NCBI GenBank assembly: GCA_949283075.1
Contig: CASDRH010000029.1
Coordinates: forward strand, 1 to 55,595
Length of the DNA stretch: 55,595 nt
Reading direction: 5' to 3'
From: an uncultured Pseudomonadota bacterium
Lineage (GTDB): Bacteria > Pseudomonadota > Alphaproteobacteria > Rs-D84 > CASDRH01
A model generated the notes under the pieces. The model worked only from the letters and a program-made list of their open reading frames with translations. It was not told the origin of the DNA and did no database searches. Below are positions 30,134-38,526 of this stretch, piece by piece (the first letter of the stretch is position 1; each line of letters starts with the position of its first letter). The position numbers and the translations under genes are program-made.

Positions 30134-30577
30134 ATGTTTAGTTTATTAGATGATGTTATCAATATCGGTTTGAATATATTTGGTAATAAAAAAAAGAAAC
30201 AACAAGCAAAACAAAAAAATGAATTGATACAGCAATTAGCTACTGAACAATATTTGTCAGATAAAGAAGACTTAATTTTAAAACATAATTTACAACAAAA
30301 ACAAAATGTTGATTTGTTAAATAAAACTATTTCTGGAAGTAAGGCTAATTTTGCTAAAAATGGATTGAAGACAAGTCAATCTGCTGATAATGCTATTAAA
30401 GCTATTGATGATGCTGGTAAAGAATTATTAAATCAGCAAAATAAAATATTTGATTTGAATTTAAAAAAATTACAGCAAGCTTATCAGAATAAAATTGCTA
30501 TCGGTAATTTGAATTATAAAACTGAAATTGAAAATGCTGATTTCAACTTAATTAATCAGATTTATAAACAATTCTAA
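30134..30577 (+). CDS. Hypothetical coiled-coil virion-associated protein
   Basis: 147 aa, K/Q-rich and helical. It occupies the position of the T7 internal-virion genes but is far smaller. Confidence 0.4.
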   Translation: MFSLLDDVINIGLNIFGNKKKKQQAKQKNELIQQLATEQYLSDKEDLILKHNLQQKQNVDLLNKTISGSKANFAKNGLKTSQSADNAIKAIDDAGKELLNQQNKIFDLNLKKLQQAYQNKIAIGNLNYKTEIENADFNLINQIYKQF

Positions 30578-30595
30578 TTTTGAAAGGTGGTTTTT

Positions 30596-31474
30596 ATGGA
30601 TAAAAATTATTTTAATAATAAATATAAATTATCTGCTAATATTGATTGTGTTGATGATTTTGACAATTTAAATTGTATTCAAAATGAATCATTTCTTGAT
30701 GATAATGTTGTATCTGATTTTGAAAGTAAAAGCTCTTGTTCTGTGAAGTATATATGCAATGGTAATAATAAATGCTTTGATATACCTTTTAAAATCTTTC
30801 AAAAAGAGTTTATAAAAGTTTATATTGATGATGTATTATAACAATCTGGATTTGATATAATTGAAAATGAACACGGAACCGGAGTTGTATTATTTAACTT
30901 TGATATTGTTTCTGGTAGTCATTTAATTATTACTAGAGAAATGGAGTTTAAAAGAAATTATATATTTCAAACTGGTGGTTCTTTTAAAGCAGAAGAAATA
31001 AATTATGAGCTGGATTATCAAGCAAGTTATATCGCTGAATTAAATGAAGCAATGAAAAATGCTTTAATTCTTCCTAATAAAAGCGGTAATAATAATTTTA
31101 ATAATGTATTGCCTAATCCTCAAAAAGGTTGCGCTTTGGTTTGGAATGAAAACGAAGACGGCTTTGTGAATGCTGATATAGGAAATGTAAAACAATATGC
31201 TGATATGGCAGAGGATTATTATAAATTAACAGAAGATTTGCACAAAGATATTATGGATAAATTGCAAAATTCTGATAATGGCTGGATTGGAGCTTATAAC
31301 AATATTATTGAAATTTTGAAAAATCTTGGTATTGATGCTGGGAAACCAATTGACCCTAATCACTCAATGGTTATTGATTGCGGTTCTGTGAATGACAGTG
31401 CTGATGATAATGTTGATTATGGCAGTATTTCTGAACCTGCTAATGATAATGATGATTATGGGAATATAGTTTAA
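30596..31474 (+). pseudogene. Tail fibre, N-terminal (T7 gp17 tail-attachment) domain only, interrupted by one in-frame TAA
   Basis: ORFs 30587-30841 and 30941-31474 share a frame with a single TAA at 30839-30841. NGNNKCFDIPFKIFQKEFIKVYID and HLIITREMEFKRNYIFQTGGSFKAEEINYELDY parallel DGSNRDFNIPFEYLARKFVVV and ELRRVTSTTDRLVDFTDGSILRAYDLN of T7 gp17, recalled from memory. I take the ATG at 30596 as the start, after GAAAGGTGG. Confidence 0.55.
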
Positions 31475-32214
31475 TATATTTTTTTAGCTTATTTTATGGA
31501 TTTTATTATGATTTTAGATGATGTGAAAAATAGCTCACTTTCAAGTGATGTGAAAAAAAGTAATCGCAAAGTATCATTTATCAGATTTATAAAAATTTAG
31601 AATGATTTACAACAATGGAATGTTCCAGATATTCATAAAGAAATGGCAAAATGGTTAAGTAATTTATACAATAGTAAAAATAAAAAAGGTTTATTATTGG
31701 CTTTTCGTGGGTCTGGGAAATCTTCTATTGCTGGTTTGTTTGCTGCTTGGGTTTTATACAAACAAAATGATTGCAGAGTTTTGATTGTTTCTGCTGATGA
31801 GCGTTTGGCAAAAAAAATGTCTGCAAATGTTAAGAAAATTATTTCTAAACACCCTTTGATGCAGGAATTGAAACCTAAAAAAGGAGATTGGGCAACAAAT
31901 AGCTTTACTATATCTCGCAATAAAGAATTAAGAGACCCTTCCGTTATGGCTATTGGTATTTCTGGAAATATTACTGGTTCTCGCGCCGATGTGATTATTT
32001 GCGATGATGTGGAAGTTCCTAAAAATTGCAACACTTTCTTAAAACGAGAATTATTACGTGAAAAATTAAATGAATTAGAGTTCGTTATTACTCCTAATGG
32101 ATTGATTTTATATCTTGGCACTCCTCATACTTTGAAAACTATCTATAAAACAAATTAGACAAAATATATTATTTCATAAATAACTTGACAAAATAATTTT
32201 ATCGTATAATATCA

Positions 32215-32330
32215 TTGCAAAATATACAAAAACATACTTTTGTATATATTAAAGTAAATCTGACTATCCTCGAAGTTACTCCCTCCTTATTTTCTCTCCT
32301 CTATATTAACTTCGGGGACTTTTTTTATTT
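32215..32330 (+). ncRNA. Candidate small RNA 1 (ends approximate)
   Basis: TTGACA (32185-32190) and TATAAT (32205-32210) lie upstream, but the spacer is only 14 nt. One hairpin spans 32221-32250. The stem CCTCGAAGTTA (32268-32278) pairs with TAACTTCGGGG (32307-32317) around the loop CTCCCTCCTTATTTTCTCTCCTCTATAT, followed by T7. Confidence 0.35.
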
Positions 32331-32529
32331 TAAAATTCACAATTTAGAATCTTGAATGATTTTTATGATTACCGATTCTATATTTTATTAGCCAAAAATA
32401 CATTTTTTGTGCAAAAACACCTTATTTTAAATTGGAAAAAAATATTATTTTTGTCAATTTTTTAAAGCTAAAAATTACGTAAAATCAATATCTTAATACT
32501 TTTATCCTTATGCTTTTATATCAAAAATA

Positions 32530-32558
32530 TTGACTTTTTGATTTTGACTTGCTATAAA
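32530..32558 (+). promoter_or_regulatory. Candidate sigma70 promoter inside the terminase insert
   Basis: TTGACT (32530-32535), 17 nt spacer, TATAAA (32553-32558). Confidence 0.45.
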
Positions 32559-32564
32559 TCTGCC

Positions 32565-32675
32565 CATAAAGCAGGACGAAGTATTTTATATTTCTTCCTT
32601 AAACAACAGAATTTCTCTCTCCTTTCCTCCTTTTCTCCTTTTGTGTTTATGGACCTGCTTTATTTTCTTTTTTTA
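32565..32675 (+). ncRNA. Candidate small RNA 2 or cis-leader of the terminase 3' half (ends approximate)
   Basis: The stem AAGCAGG (32569-32575) pairs with CCTGCTT (32654-32660). It encloses a loop with CTTCCTT...CTCTCTCCTTTCCTCCTTTTCTCCTTTT and is followed by a T-rich tract, 34 nt before the ATG at 32709. Confidence 0.35.
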
Positions 32676-33678
32676 ATCTTATTTATTCTTTTAATTTATG
32701 GTGATGATATGAATAATTTTCTTGATGATGAAAATGATGCTTTCTTGGCTGGATTTGATGTCTTGAAAATTCCTATTATTCGTGATGGCAATCCTGTTTG
32801 GCCAGAACAATTTTCTTTGCAGAAAATTGATGATATTAAACGAAAAACTGGATTGAATAAATTTTCTTCTCAAATGATGCTGGAACCTGTTTCTATTAAT
32901 TTTGGTAGCTTTAATTTAGATGACTTAATCGTTTATAATGATGATTTAGATATAACTGAATCAAATAGTGTTGTAAATTACTATATATCAGGTAAACGAT
33001 TAAAATATTACTCTTGTTATTGGGACCCTTCTTTCGCAGGTGCTAAATCTGATGGCTCCGTTATCGCTGTGGTTTTTATTGATGAAGATTTTCATTATTA
33101 TATACACGATGTTAAATATTTGAACTTTGATACTGAACTTTATAACAACTATAATCAAGAACGTAATAAATCTGCAAAAGAACAATGCAAAGATGTTATT
33201 GATTTTATGTTGCGTTATAACTTATTTGTTTTAAATGTTGAAACAAATGGTATCGGAAAATTTTTGCCTGAACTCTTACGTGATGAAATTACTTCAAGAC
33301 GCCTTAATATATCCGTTAATGAAAAAGTAAATAAAATTTCAAAAGATATTAGAATTATTGATGCAATTAAATGTCCTCTTACATCTGGTTTTGTTCATAT
33401 TAAAAAAAATTTATTAAATACTCAACTTGGTGCAGAGTTCGAAGAATGGAATCCTATCGCTTGCAAAAATAATCAAGTTCGTGATGATGGGCTTGATGCT
33501 GTTGCTGGAGCTATTTTATCAGATGCAGTTTTGATTTCTAGGTTTAAAATTAACCCTTTGAAACATAAAGGTTTTCGCATTTATAAAGTAAAAAATGATT
33601 TTAATGTTTAATAATTAAGGATTTATGATATAATTGTCCAGTATCTTAATTTAACAATATAATAATGGGGATAATATT

Positions 33679-34185
33679 ATGAATCTAAATCGTTTTAAAC
33701 AAACTAATTTATATAAAGGTCGTTCTATGATTGAAATGCTTGGCGTTTTGGCTTTGATGGGCATTTTGACTGCTGCAACTTTCCAAATGTATAATTATGC
33801 TAGCAATAAATCAAAAGCTATGAATATGGAAGACCAGATTAATCAAACTGCTGAAGATGTTAAAACTTTATTCCTTGGCAGAAATTGGGATGGCTTCCAA
33901 AGAATTTCTGATAGAACTTCTTCTGAAAAATATTTTGAAGATAAAAAAATTAAATTACGCGATGCTTGGGGTAATCCTATTTATATTTTAAGAACTGAAA
34001 CAAAAGACCAAAAATTAGCAAGATTTTATATCCAATTAAATGATGTTGAAGCTGCTGATTGTGTTAATTTAGGTAAACGTATTAATCCTACTTTATTACG
34101 TGTTAACAATTTAGATGTTAAACCTGGCCAAATTCCTTTATGTCAGAAAGATAAAAAGAATGTTATGCAATTCTTTTATAGATAA
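33679..34185 (+). CDS. Type IV pilin-like protein (prepilin-type N-terminal domain)
   Basis: 168 aa. KG/RSMIEMLGVLALMGILTAA has Glu at +5 and a hydrophobic helix. A C-terminal Cys pair (CVNLGK...PLCQ) fits a pilin D-region. Confidence 0.65.
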   Translation: MNLNRFKQTNLYKGRSMIEMLGVLALMGILTAATFQMYNYASNKSKAMNMEDQINQTAEDVKTLFLGRNWDGFQRISDRTSSEKYFEDKKIKLRDAWGNPIYILRTETKDQKLARFYIQLNDVEAADCVNLGKRINPTLLRVNNLDVKPGQIPLCQKDKKNVMQFFYR

Positions 34186-34213
34186 TTTAATTATTATATA
34201 ATACATAAATATT

Positions 34214-34245
34214 GGGTGGATTTTTTCCGCCCTTTATTTTTTCAA
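34214..34245 (+). terminator. Intrinsic terminator after the pilin-like gene
   Basis: GGGTGG (34214-34219) pairs with CCGCCC (34227-34232), followed by a T-run. Confidence 0.6.
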
Positions 34246-34385
34246 TTTCGTGTTTATATTAATCTTTTTTGTGGTATAATGTATTTTAATAAATTTAAAA
34301 TATTTTTGTTATATATTTATACTTGTTTTTAATCTGATTTATAAATATTTACAATAACAAGATATGTAAAATAAAGGAATTGAAT

Positions 34386-35342
34386 ATGTTATATAATTTT
34401 AAAAAATCTGCGCGTATTAGTTTACTTACTTTTGCTTGCATTATTTCTGCTTGCTCTTCTGATAATGTTTGTCAAACTAATGAATTGAAAAATCTTAATG
34501 ATGATGAATTAAAATGTATTGATTGCTTAAAAAAAGAACCTGAACAAAAACAGAAAAAACATAAGCAGAAAAATAAAAAGAGAGCTGTAAAAGCTGAAAA
34601 AAAAGTTGAAAAGAAAAAAAATCGTAAAAATAAACAATTAGATAAAATTGAAAAAAAACAAAATAAAGATAACATTAAAAATGATGAAAAAAATAATGTA
34701 TCTGAATTAAATTGGTTTAATCAATTTGATTATAACTTCAATAAAGTTTTTATTAGCTTTAATACCTTTGATGAAAATGTTATTTATAAAAATAATATGA
34801 TTGCTATGGGTGGTAAATCTGATGAAGAGGAATTGAATAATCAAATATCTAATGATGATATTTACAAAACATCTCAAGCAATATCTGATAATATAAATTA
34901 TGATAATGATAATACAACTAATAGCTCTGATAAAAAACCTTTGTTGAATTTTAATATATCTGCAAATGTAGATGATGGCGAAGGAAATACTAAAAGCTAT
35001 GGTATGAAAGTTTCTGGCGATGTTCAAAATAAAGGGGATAAAAAAGCTATCGGTATCAATGTTGTTGGCGGAGAAGATGGTGAACAAAAACCTTTGATGA
35101 ATGTTAAATTTTCTGGTGGTGCTGCTGATGGTAAAGATATAGGCGATGAATCAAAAGGTGCTATGGAAGTTGAAGTCGGACCAATTAAAATGCAGGTCGG
35201 TGTTAATGTGAACACTGAAAATGAAGGGCAACCTACTATAAACCTTGATTGGAATTTAAAAGCTGATGATGAAAATATCTCTTCCGGTAAAGCTAAAGGT
35301 GAAATTAATTTAAAAAATTTAGATGAAGATAATAAACAATAA
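34386..35342 (+). CDS. Hypothetical lipoprotein with a K-rich segment
   Basis: ATG at 34386 after AAAGGA. Signal peptide with lipobox ISAC, and a lysine-rich low-complexity block. Confidence 0.55.
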   Translation: MLYNFKKSARISLLTFACIISACSSDNVCQTNELKNLNDDELKCIDCLKKEPEQKQKKHKQKNKKRAVKAEKKVEKKKNRKNKQLDKIEKKQNKDNIKNDEKNNVSELNWFNQFDYNFNKVFISFNTFDENVIYKNNMIAMGGKSDEEELNNQISNDDIYKTSQAISDNINYDNDNTTNSSDKKPLLNFNISANVDDGEGNTKSYGMKVSGDVQNKGDKKAIGINVVGGEDGEQKPLMNVKFSGGAADGKDIGDESKGAMEVEVGPIKMQVGVNVNTENEGQPTINLDWNLKADDENISSGKAKGEINLKNLDEDNKQ

Positions 35343-35369
35343 TTATTTTGTTAAAAAATTGGTGTAAAT

Positions 35370-36887
35370 ATGGATTTTAAAAAGTATTTTGTTTTTATTT
35401 CTTGTATTGCTATTTCTGCTTGTGCAGAGTTTAATAAAGACTTTCAACAAGATAATTTTAACAGCAATACTTGCAATGGTGCAGATTGCCAAAATCAAAA
35501 TATAAATAATAATATTAATATAAATACTGAACAGAATAATATTGATTCAAGTGCTGATATCGCTTCTGTTGAACCAAATAATGTTGATGTTGTAGAAACA
35601 ACTTTAATTGAAACTGATTTAGAAGAAAAAGCTAAACGTATTAAAGATGAAGAGTTGGAAAAAATTACTAACATATTCAACAGAGATAAAGAAATAAAAC
35701 AACAAGCAGAAGAAAATTACAAAAATGAATTGGCAGATTTGCAAAAAGAAAAAGATAAAATGCAATTACAAGTTGATGAATATCAACGTCAAATAGATGA
35801 GGTTATTAAAAAAGAATATCCTAATGATCCTAAAAAGGCTTTTGCTGAACGCCAAAGTATGCAAGAAAAATTAAATGAATTTAAACAAAGCAAATTAGAT
35901 GAATTAGAAGCTAAAAAAAGAAATGCTGATGATAAATTTAATTCTGTAATTGAACAAATTGCTAAAATTGAACAAGATGCTATTCAGAATTATAAAGCTG
36001 CTTTGGAAAATGTTGATAAAATGCTTCAAGAAGGTAATCTTAATCAACAATATTCAAATACTTCTGATACTAATAATATTAATCAAAATGTTAATAATAC
36101 CGATGATAATTTAAAACCTGTTGATAAAGAGATTAAATTAGTTAAAGAAGAATCTTTTAATTTGTCTGACAATAGCTCTGATAGATGGCTTAAATTACAA
36201 ATACCTGAATGTAATGGTGTTGTTATGCTTCCAAATAATGATACAACTGTTCAACGTTTGGAATATGAAAATGGTAATGTAAATTATGTCGGATTGCTAG
36301 GCTTTGGTTTGTATTCTATACATATCAGCAAATATGATGGGCCTGCTACATTAGATAAAATCAGTCAAAGTTTTACAGAAGATTTACAACAATTTGATGT
36401 AATCGATGAAAAAAGTATTGTTTACAAAGATACTAAATCTAATGGTATTCGTTGGCGTTATTTGAATATGACTCTACAAAATTATGACTTCGGTGATGGT
36501 AATGTTAAACCTCATTACTTCGTTAAACGTGTCGCTGTTAAGGGTAATTTGAAAATTAAATTAGAATATTTCGGTATATTAAAAAGAGGATTTACAGAAC
36601 CTTTAGTTGACTTGTTTATGGATTCTTTCGATTTTAATGATGTCGGAGCTGATAAAAATATAGTTATTAAGGCTATGCTTGAAGATAATGAGAATTATAA
36701 ACAAATGAATTCTTTAAATGATGAAGAGGAAGAAAGCGCTGATGACAATAATCAAGAGGCTGATAATAAATCATTAGATGATAATGAAACTGAAACAAGC
36801 AATAATTTGAATAATTCTACTAATAATTCTGATGTAAATGTGGATAATTCAAAGCCTATGAACATAATTCCTGAATTTAAGAATTAA
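35370..36887 (+). CDS. Hypothetical lipoprotein with a coiled-coil and a globular C-terminal domain
   Basis: 505 aa. Lipobox ISAC, a long E/K/Q coiled-coil, and an acidic N-rich tail. Confidence 0.55.
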   Translation: MDFKKYFVFISCIAISACAEFNKDFQQDNFNSNTCNGADCQNQNINNNININTEQNNIDSSADIASVEPNNVDVVETTLIETDLEEKAKRIKDEELEKITNIFNRDKEIKQQAEENYKNELADLQKEKDKMQLQVDEYQRQIDEVIKKEYPNDPKKAFAERQSMQEKLNEFKQSKLDELEAKKRNADDKFNSVIEQIAKIEQDAIQNYKAALENVDKMLQEGNLNQQYSNTSDTNNINQNVNNTDDNLKPVDKEIKLVKEESFNLSDNSSDRWLKLQIPECNGVVMLPNNDTTVQRLEYENGNVNYVGLLGFGLYSIHISKYDGPATLDKISQSFTEDLQQFDVIDEKSIVYKDTKSNGIRWRYLNMTLQNYDFGDGNVKPHYFVKRVAVKGNLKIKLEYFGILKRGFTEPLVDLFMDSFDFNDVGADKNIVIKAMLEDNENYKQMNSLNDEEEESADDNNQEADNKSLDDNETETSNNLNNSTNNSDVNVDNSKPMNIIPEFKN

Positions 36888-37043
36888 GTTTTTCTATATT
36901 TTTCATATAATTAGATGTTATATTTCATAAAATTTATATTAATTTTAGACAAAATTTGTTTTTTGTATTTATTTTATTGACAAAATATATTTTTATGTTT
37001 ATTTTTTATTTGTAAGTTAATTTTTATAAATAGGAAAAAAATT

Positions 37044-38006
37044 ATGCAAAAATTTAGTAAAGTTTTTAAAGTTTTATTATCTGTTGGTATAGGATTGATG
37101 GTTGGTTCTGTATTCGTTTATAAATTGAACTCTGTATCAATTCAACAAAGCAGTAAAATTGAACCTGATTTAAAAGAAAAAATATATGGTAAAAGTTCAA
37201 ATAAAACTGTTAAAGAAAAGATAGTTGCTAATAAACAATACGAAAATAATGTTAAAATAACTAGAAATAATATTAAAAATGTTGCTTATACTGAAACTGC
37301 TGTTGTTTCTAAACCAAAAGTTATTCGTATTATACGTCGTGAATTTGTTAAAGATAATTATCAACCTGTTGCTAAATCAGAACAATATCTTCCTGAAAAT
37401 AGAAGTTTGTCTTATTATCGTCCTAATTATGATGATGTTAGAAAAATTCAACAAAATGCTGATACTTATGATTATTTGAGAAGTCAGCATAGCCCTGAAT
37501 ATTATCAAAATGAACAAACTGTTAAAGAATTAGAAGACAGAGGATACCTTTCTGTAAATGATTTAGCTTTTATCAAAAACGATGATGATATAAAAGTTTT
37601 TTATGAATACAAGGTTGTTTCTCCTGATACTTTAAGAAAATTAAAAGCTAATAACTATTATAAAAATAATAATGTTAATACTAAAGTTATTAGCAAGCCT
37701 AGAAAAGTTATAAATGCTCCCAATAACTGGGATGTTTTTGATGGTAATTTTGTTTTAAGTGCTGATAATATCGGTGATTTAAAAAGCAATACTGTTATAA
37801 CTGGTAATTTATATATTATGAATTTTAATTGGGTTAAATTACCTGAAAATATAAAAGTTATGGGTAATGTTTATGTTCAAAATTCTCAAGGCGTATTGTT
37901 TAGATATAACACTGTTATTGAAGGTAGCGTCTTTATGAAAGGAAATTCTAGCTTGAAAGCTATGTCTGAAAATGTTAAAATTAAAGGACAAGTGTTTTTA
38001 GGTTAA
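37044..38006 (+). CDS. Hypothetical membrane-anchored protein
   Basis: 320 aa with an N-terminal TM helix. The C-terminal end has short beta-strand repeats (GNLYI, GNVYV, GSVFM, GQVFL). Confidence 0.5.
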   Translation: MQKFSKVFKVLLSVGIGLMVGSVFVYKLNSVSIQQSSKIEPDLKEKIYGKSSNKTVKEKIVANKQYENNVKITRNNIKNVAYTETAVVSKPKVIRIIRREFVKDNYQPVAKSEQYLPENRSLSYYRPNYDDVRKIQQNADTYDYLRSQHSPEYYQNEQTVKELEDRGYLSVNDLAFIKNDDDIKVFYEYKVVSPDTLRKLKANNYYKNNNVNTKVISKPRKVINAPNNWDVFDGNFVLSADNIGDLKSNTVITGNLYIMNFNWVKLPENIKVMGNVYVQNSQGVLFRYNTVIEGSVFMKGNSSLKAMSENVKIKGQVFLG

Positions 38007-38084
38007 TTTAAGTTTTGATTTAAACGATTTTAATTGTTTGTTTTGTCCCGTCTATGAGTTTGATTAAATCGTTTTTATCAATTT

Positions 38085-38108
38085 GATGCTGTAAAGCATC
38101 TTTTTTTT
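38085..38108 (+). terminator. Intrinsic terminator
   Basis: GATGCT (38085-38090) pairs with AGCATC (38095-38100), followed by T8. Confidence 0.65.
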
Positions 38109-38177
38109 ATAAAATACTAGACAATTTTATTTTTACTGTGTAAAATTGCCCTGTTTCATTTGTTATTTCGTTTATAT

Positions 38178-38253
38178 GGTTCGGTAGCTCAGTCGGTAGA
38201 GCAAAGGACTGAAAATCCTTGTGTCGGGGGTTCGATTCCCTCCCGAACCACCA
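38178..38253 (+). tRNA. tRNA-Phe (anticodon GAA)
   Basis: GGTTCGGTAGCTCAGTCGGTAGAGC, anticodon loop CTGAAAA, T-arm GGTTCGATTCC, terminal ACCA. Confidence 0.92.
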
Positions 38254-38331
38254 TTTTATTCATTCTTATCTTTTTATTTTATATATATTGCTTGATTTTA
38301 TTATGTTATGATTTGTGTTATTGTATAATTT

Positions 38332-38368
38332 AAAAAAACATCAGGATTTAAACCTGATGTTTTTTTTT
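38332..38368. terminator. Bidirectional intrinsic terminator
   Basis: A7, then CATCAGG (38339-38345) pairing with CCTGATG (38353-38359), then T9. Confidence 0.65.
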
Positions 38369-38385
38369 AAGAAACCGTACGACAT

Positions 38386-38526
38386 TTATTTTTCCGCTCC
38401 ATATACTTTTACTACTACCGTTAATATTGTTAGTATTACTAACGGTACAATCAATACCAATCCAAATTCCTTTATTAGCTCGATGTCTAAAATCTTAGAT
38501 AACAAAGAATATAATAAATCTATCAT
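38386..38526 (-). CDS. Possible 46-aa hydrophobic peptide
   Basis: MIDLLYSLLSKILDIELIKEFGLVLIVPLVILTILTVVVKVYGAEK. TAGGGGT lies 6-7 nt upstream of the ATG (complement of 38524-38526), and the bidirectional terminator lies downstream. The longer 111-aa track ORF is less convincing. Confidence 0.3.
   Translation of the reverse strand: MIDLLYSLLSKILDIELIKEFGLVLIVPLVILTILTVVVKVYGAEK

Larger units (their letters stand above)
32159..32708 (+). other. Non-coding intervening segment inside the terminase gene
   Basis: There is no credible ORF. The 57-codon N-terminal extension of track ORF 32538 is a translation of C/U-rich sequence. The segment contains promoter-like hexamers and two stem / CU-rich-loop / U-tract structures. 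Confidence 0.7.
24290..33611 (+). mobile_element. T7-supergroup podovirus morphogenesis module (scaffold to terminase), a cryptic or domesticated prophage segment A
   Basis: Collinear scaffold, capsid, gp11-like, gp12-like, fibre and gp19-like terminase genes on one strand. No integrase, replication or lysis genes are visible. Confidence 0.7.
31496..33611 (+). pseudogene. Terminase large subunit (T7 gp19-like) with an in-frame TAG near the 5' end, split by a ~550 bp non-coding insert
   Basis: Part 1 has Walker A LLLAFRGSGKS, Walker B ADVIICDDVE and YLGTPHT, and ends at the TAG at 32156-32158. Part 2, from the ATG at 32709, has the nuclease motifs WDPSFAG..DGS, VETNGIG and DDGLDAVAGA. The N-terminal homology (VSFIRFIKI*NDLQQWNVPDIHKEMAKWL) continues upstream through the TAG at 31598-31600 to the ATG at 31496. 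The two halves are in different frames. Confidence 0.8.

Noticed and set aside
31633-32121. A 162-aa minus-strand ORF lies antisense to the terminase ATPase half.
   Set aside because: It is a shadow ORF opposite a strongly supported coding region, with no motifs or RBS. The same reasoning applies to other antisense track ORFs. Examples are 1431-1691, 2724-2939, 3510-3758, 7698-9050, 12258-13148, 14000-15490 and 17483-18305. Further examples are 34472-35215, 40198-41080, 43386-43775, 44282-46210, 46751-47653, 48937-50397 and 52386-52610.
32538-32708. The 57-codon N-terminal extension of track ORF 32538-33611 (MILTCYKSAHKAGRSILYFFLKQQNFSLLSSFSPFVF...) could be real coding sequence.
   Set aside because: It starts at a TTG inside a promoter-like element and is simply the translation of the C/U-rich tract. 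It has no terminase homology. Homology to the gp19-type terminase begins at the ATG at 32709.
37044-38006. The C-terminal repeats of the 320-aa membrane protein could be a bactofilin or pentapeptide-repeat domain.
   Set aside because: Only four loose G-x-V/L-hydrophobic repeats are visible, which is insufficient to assign a family without a profile search.
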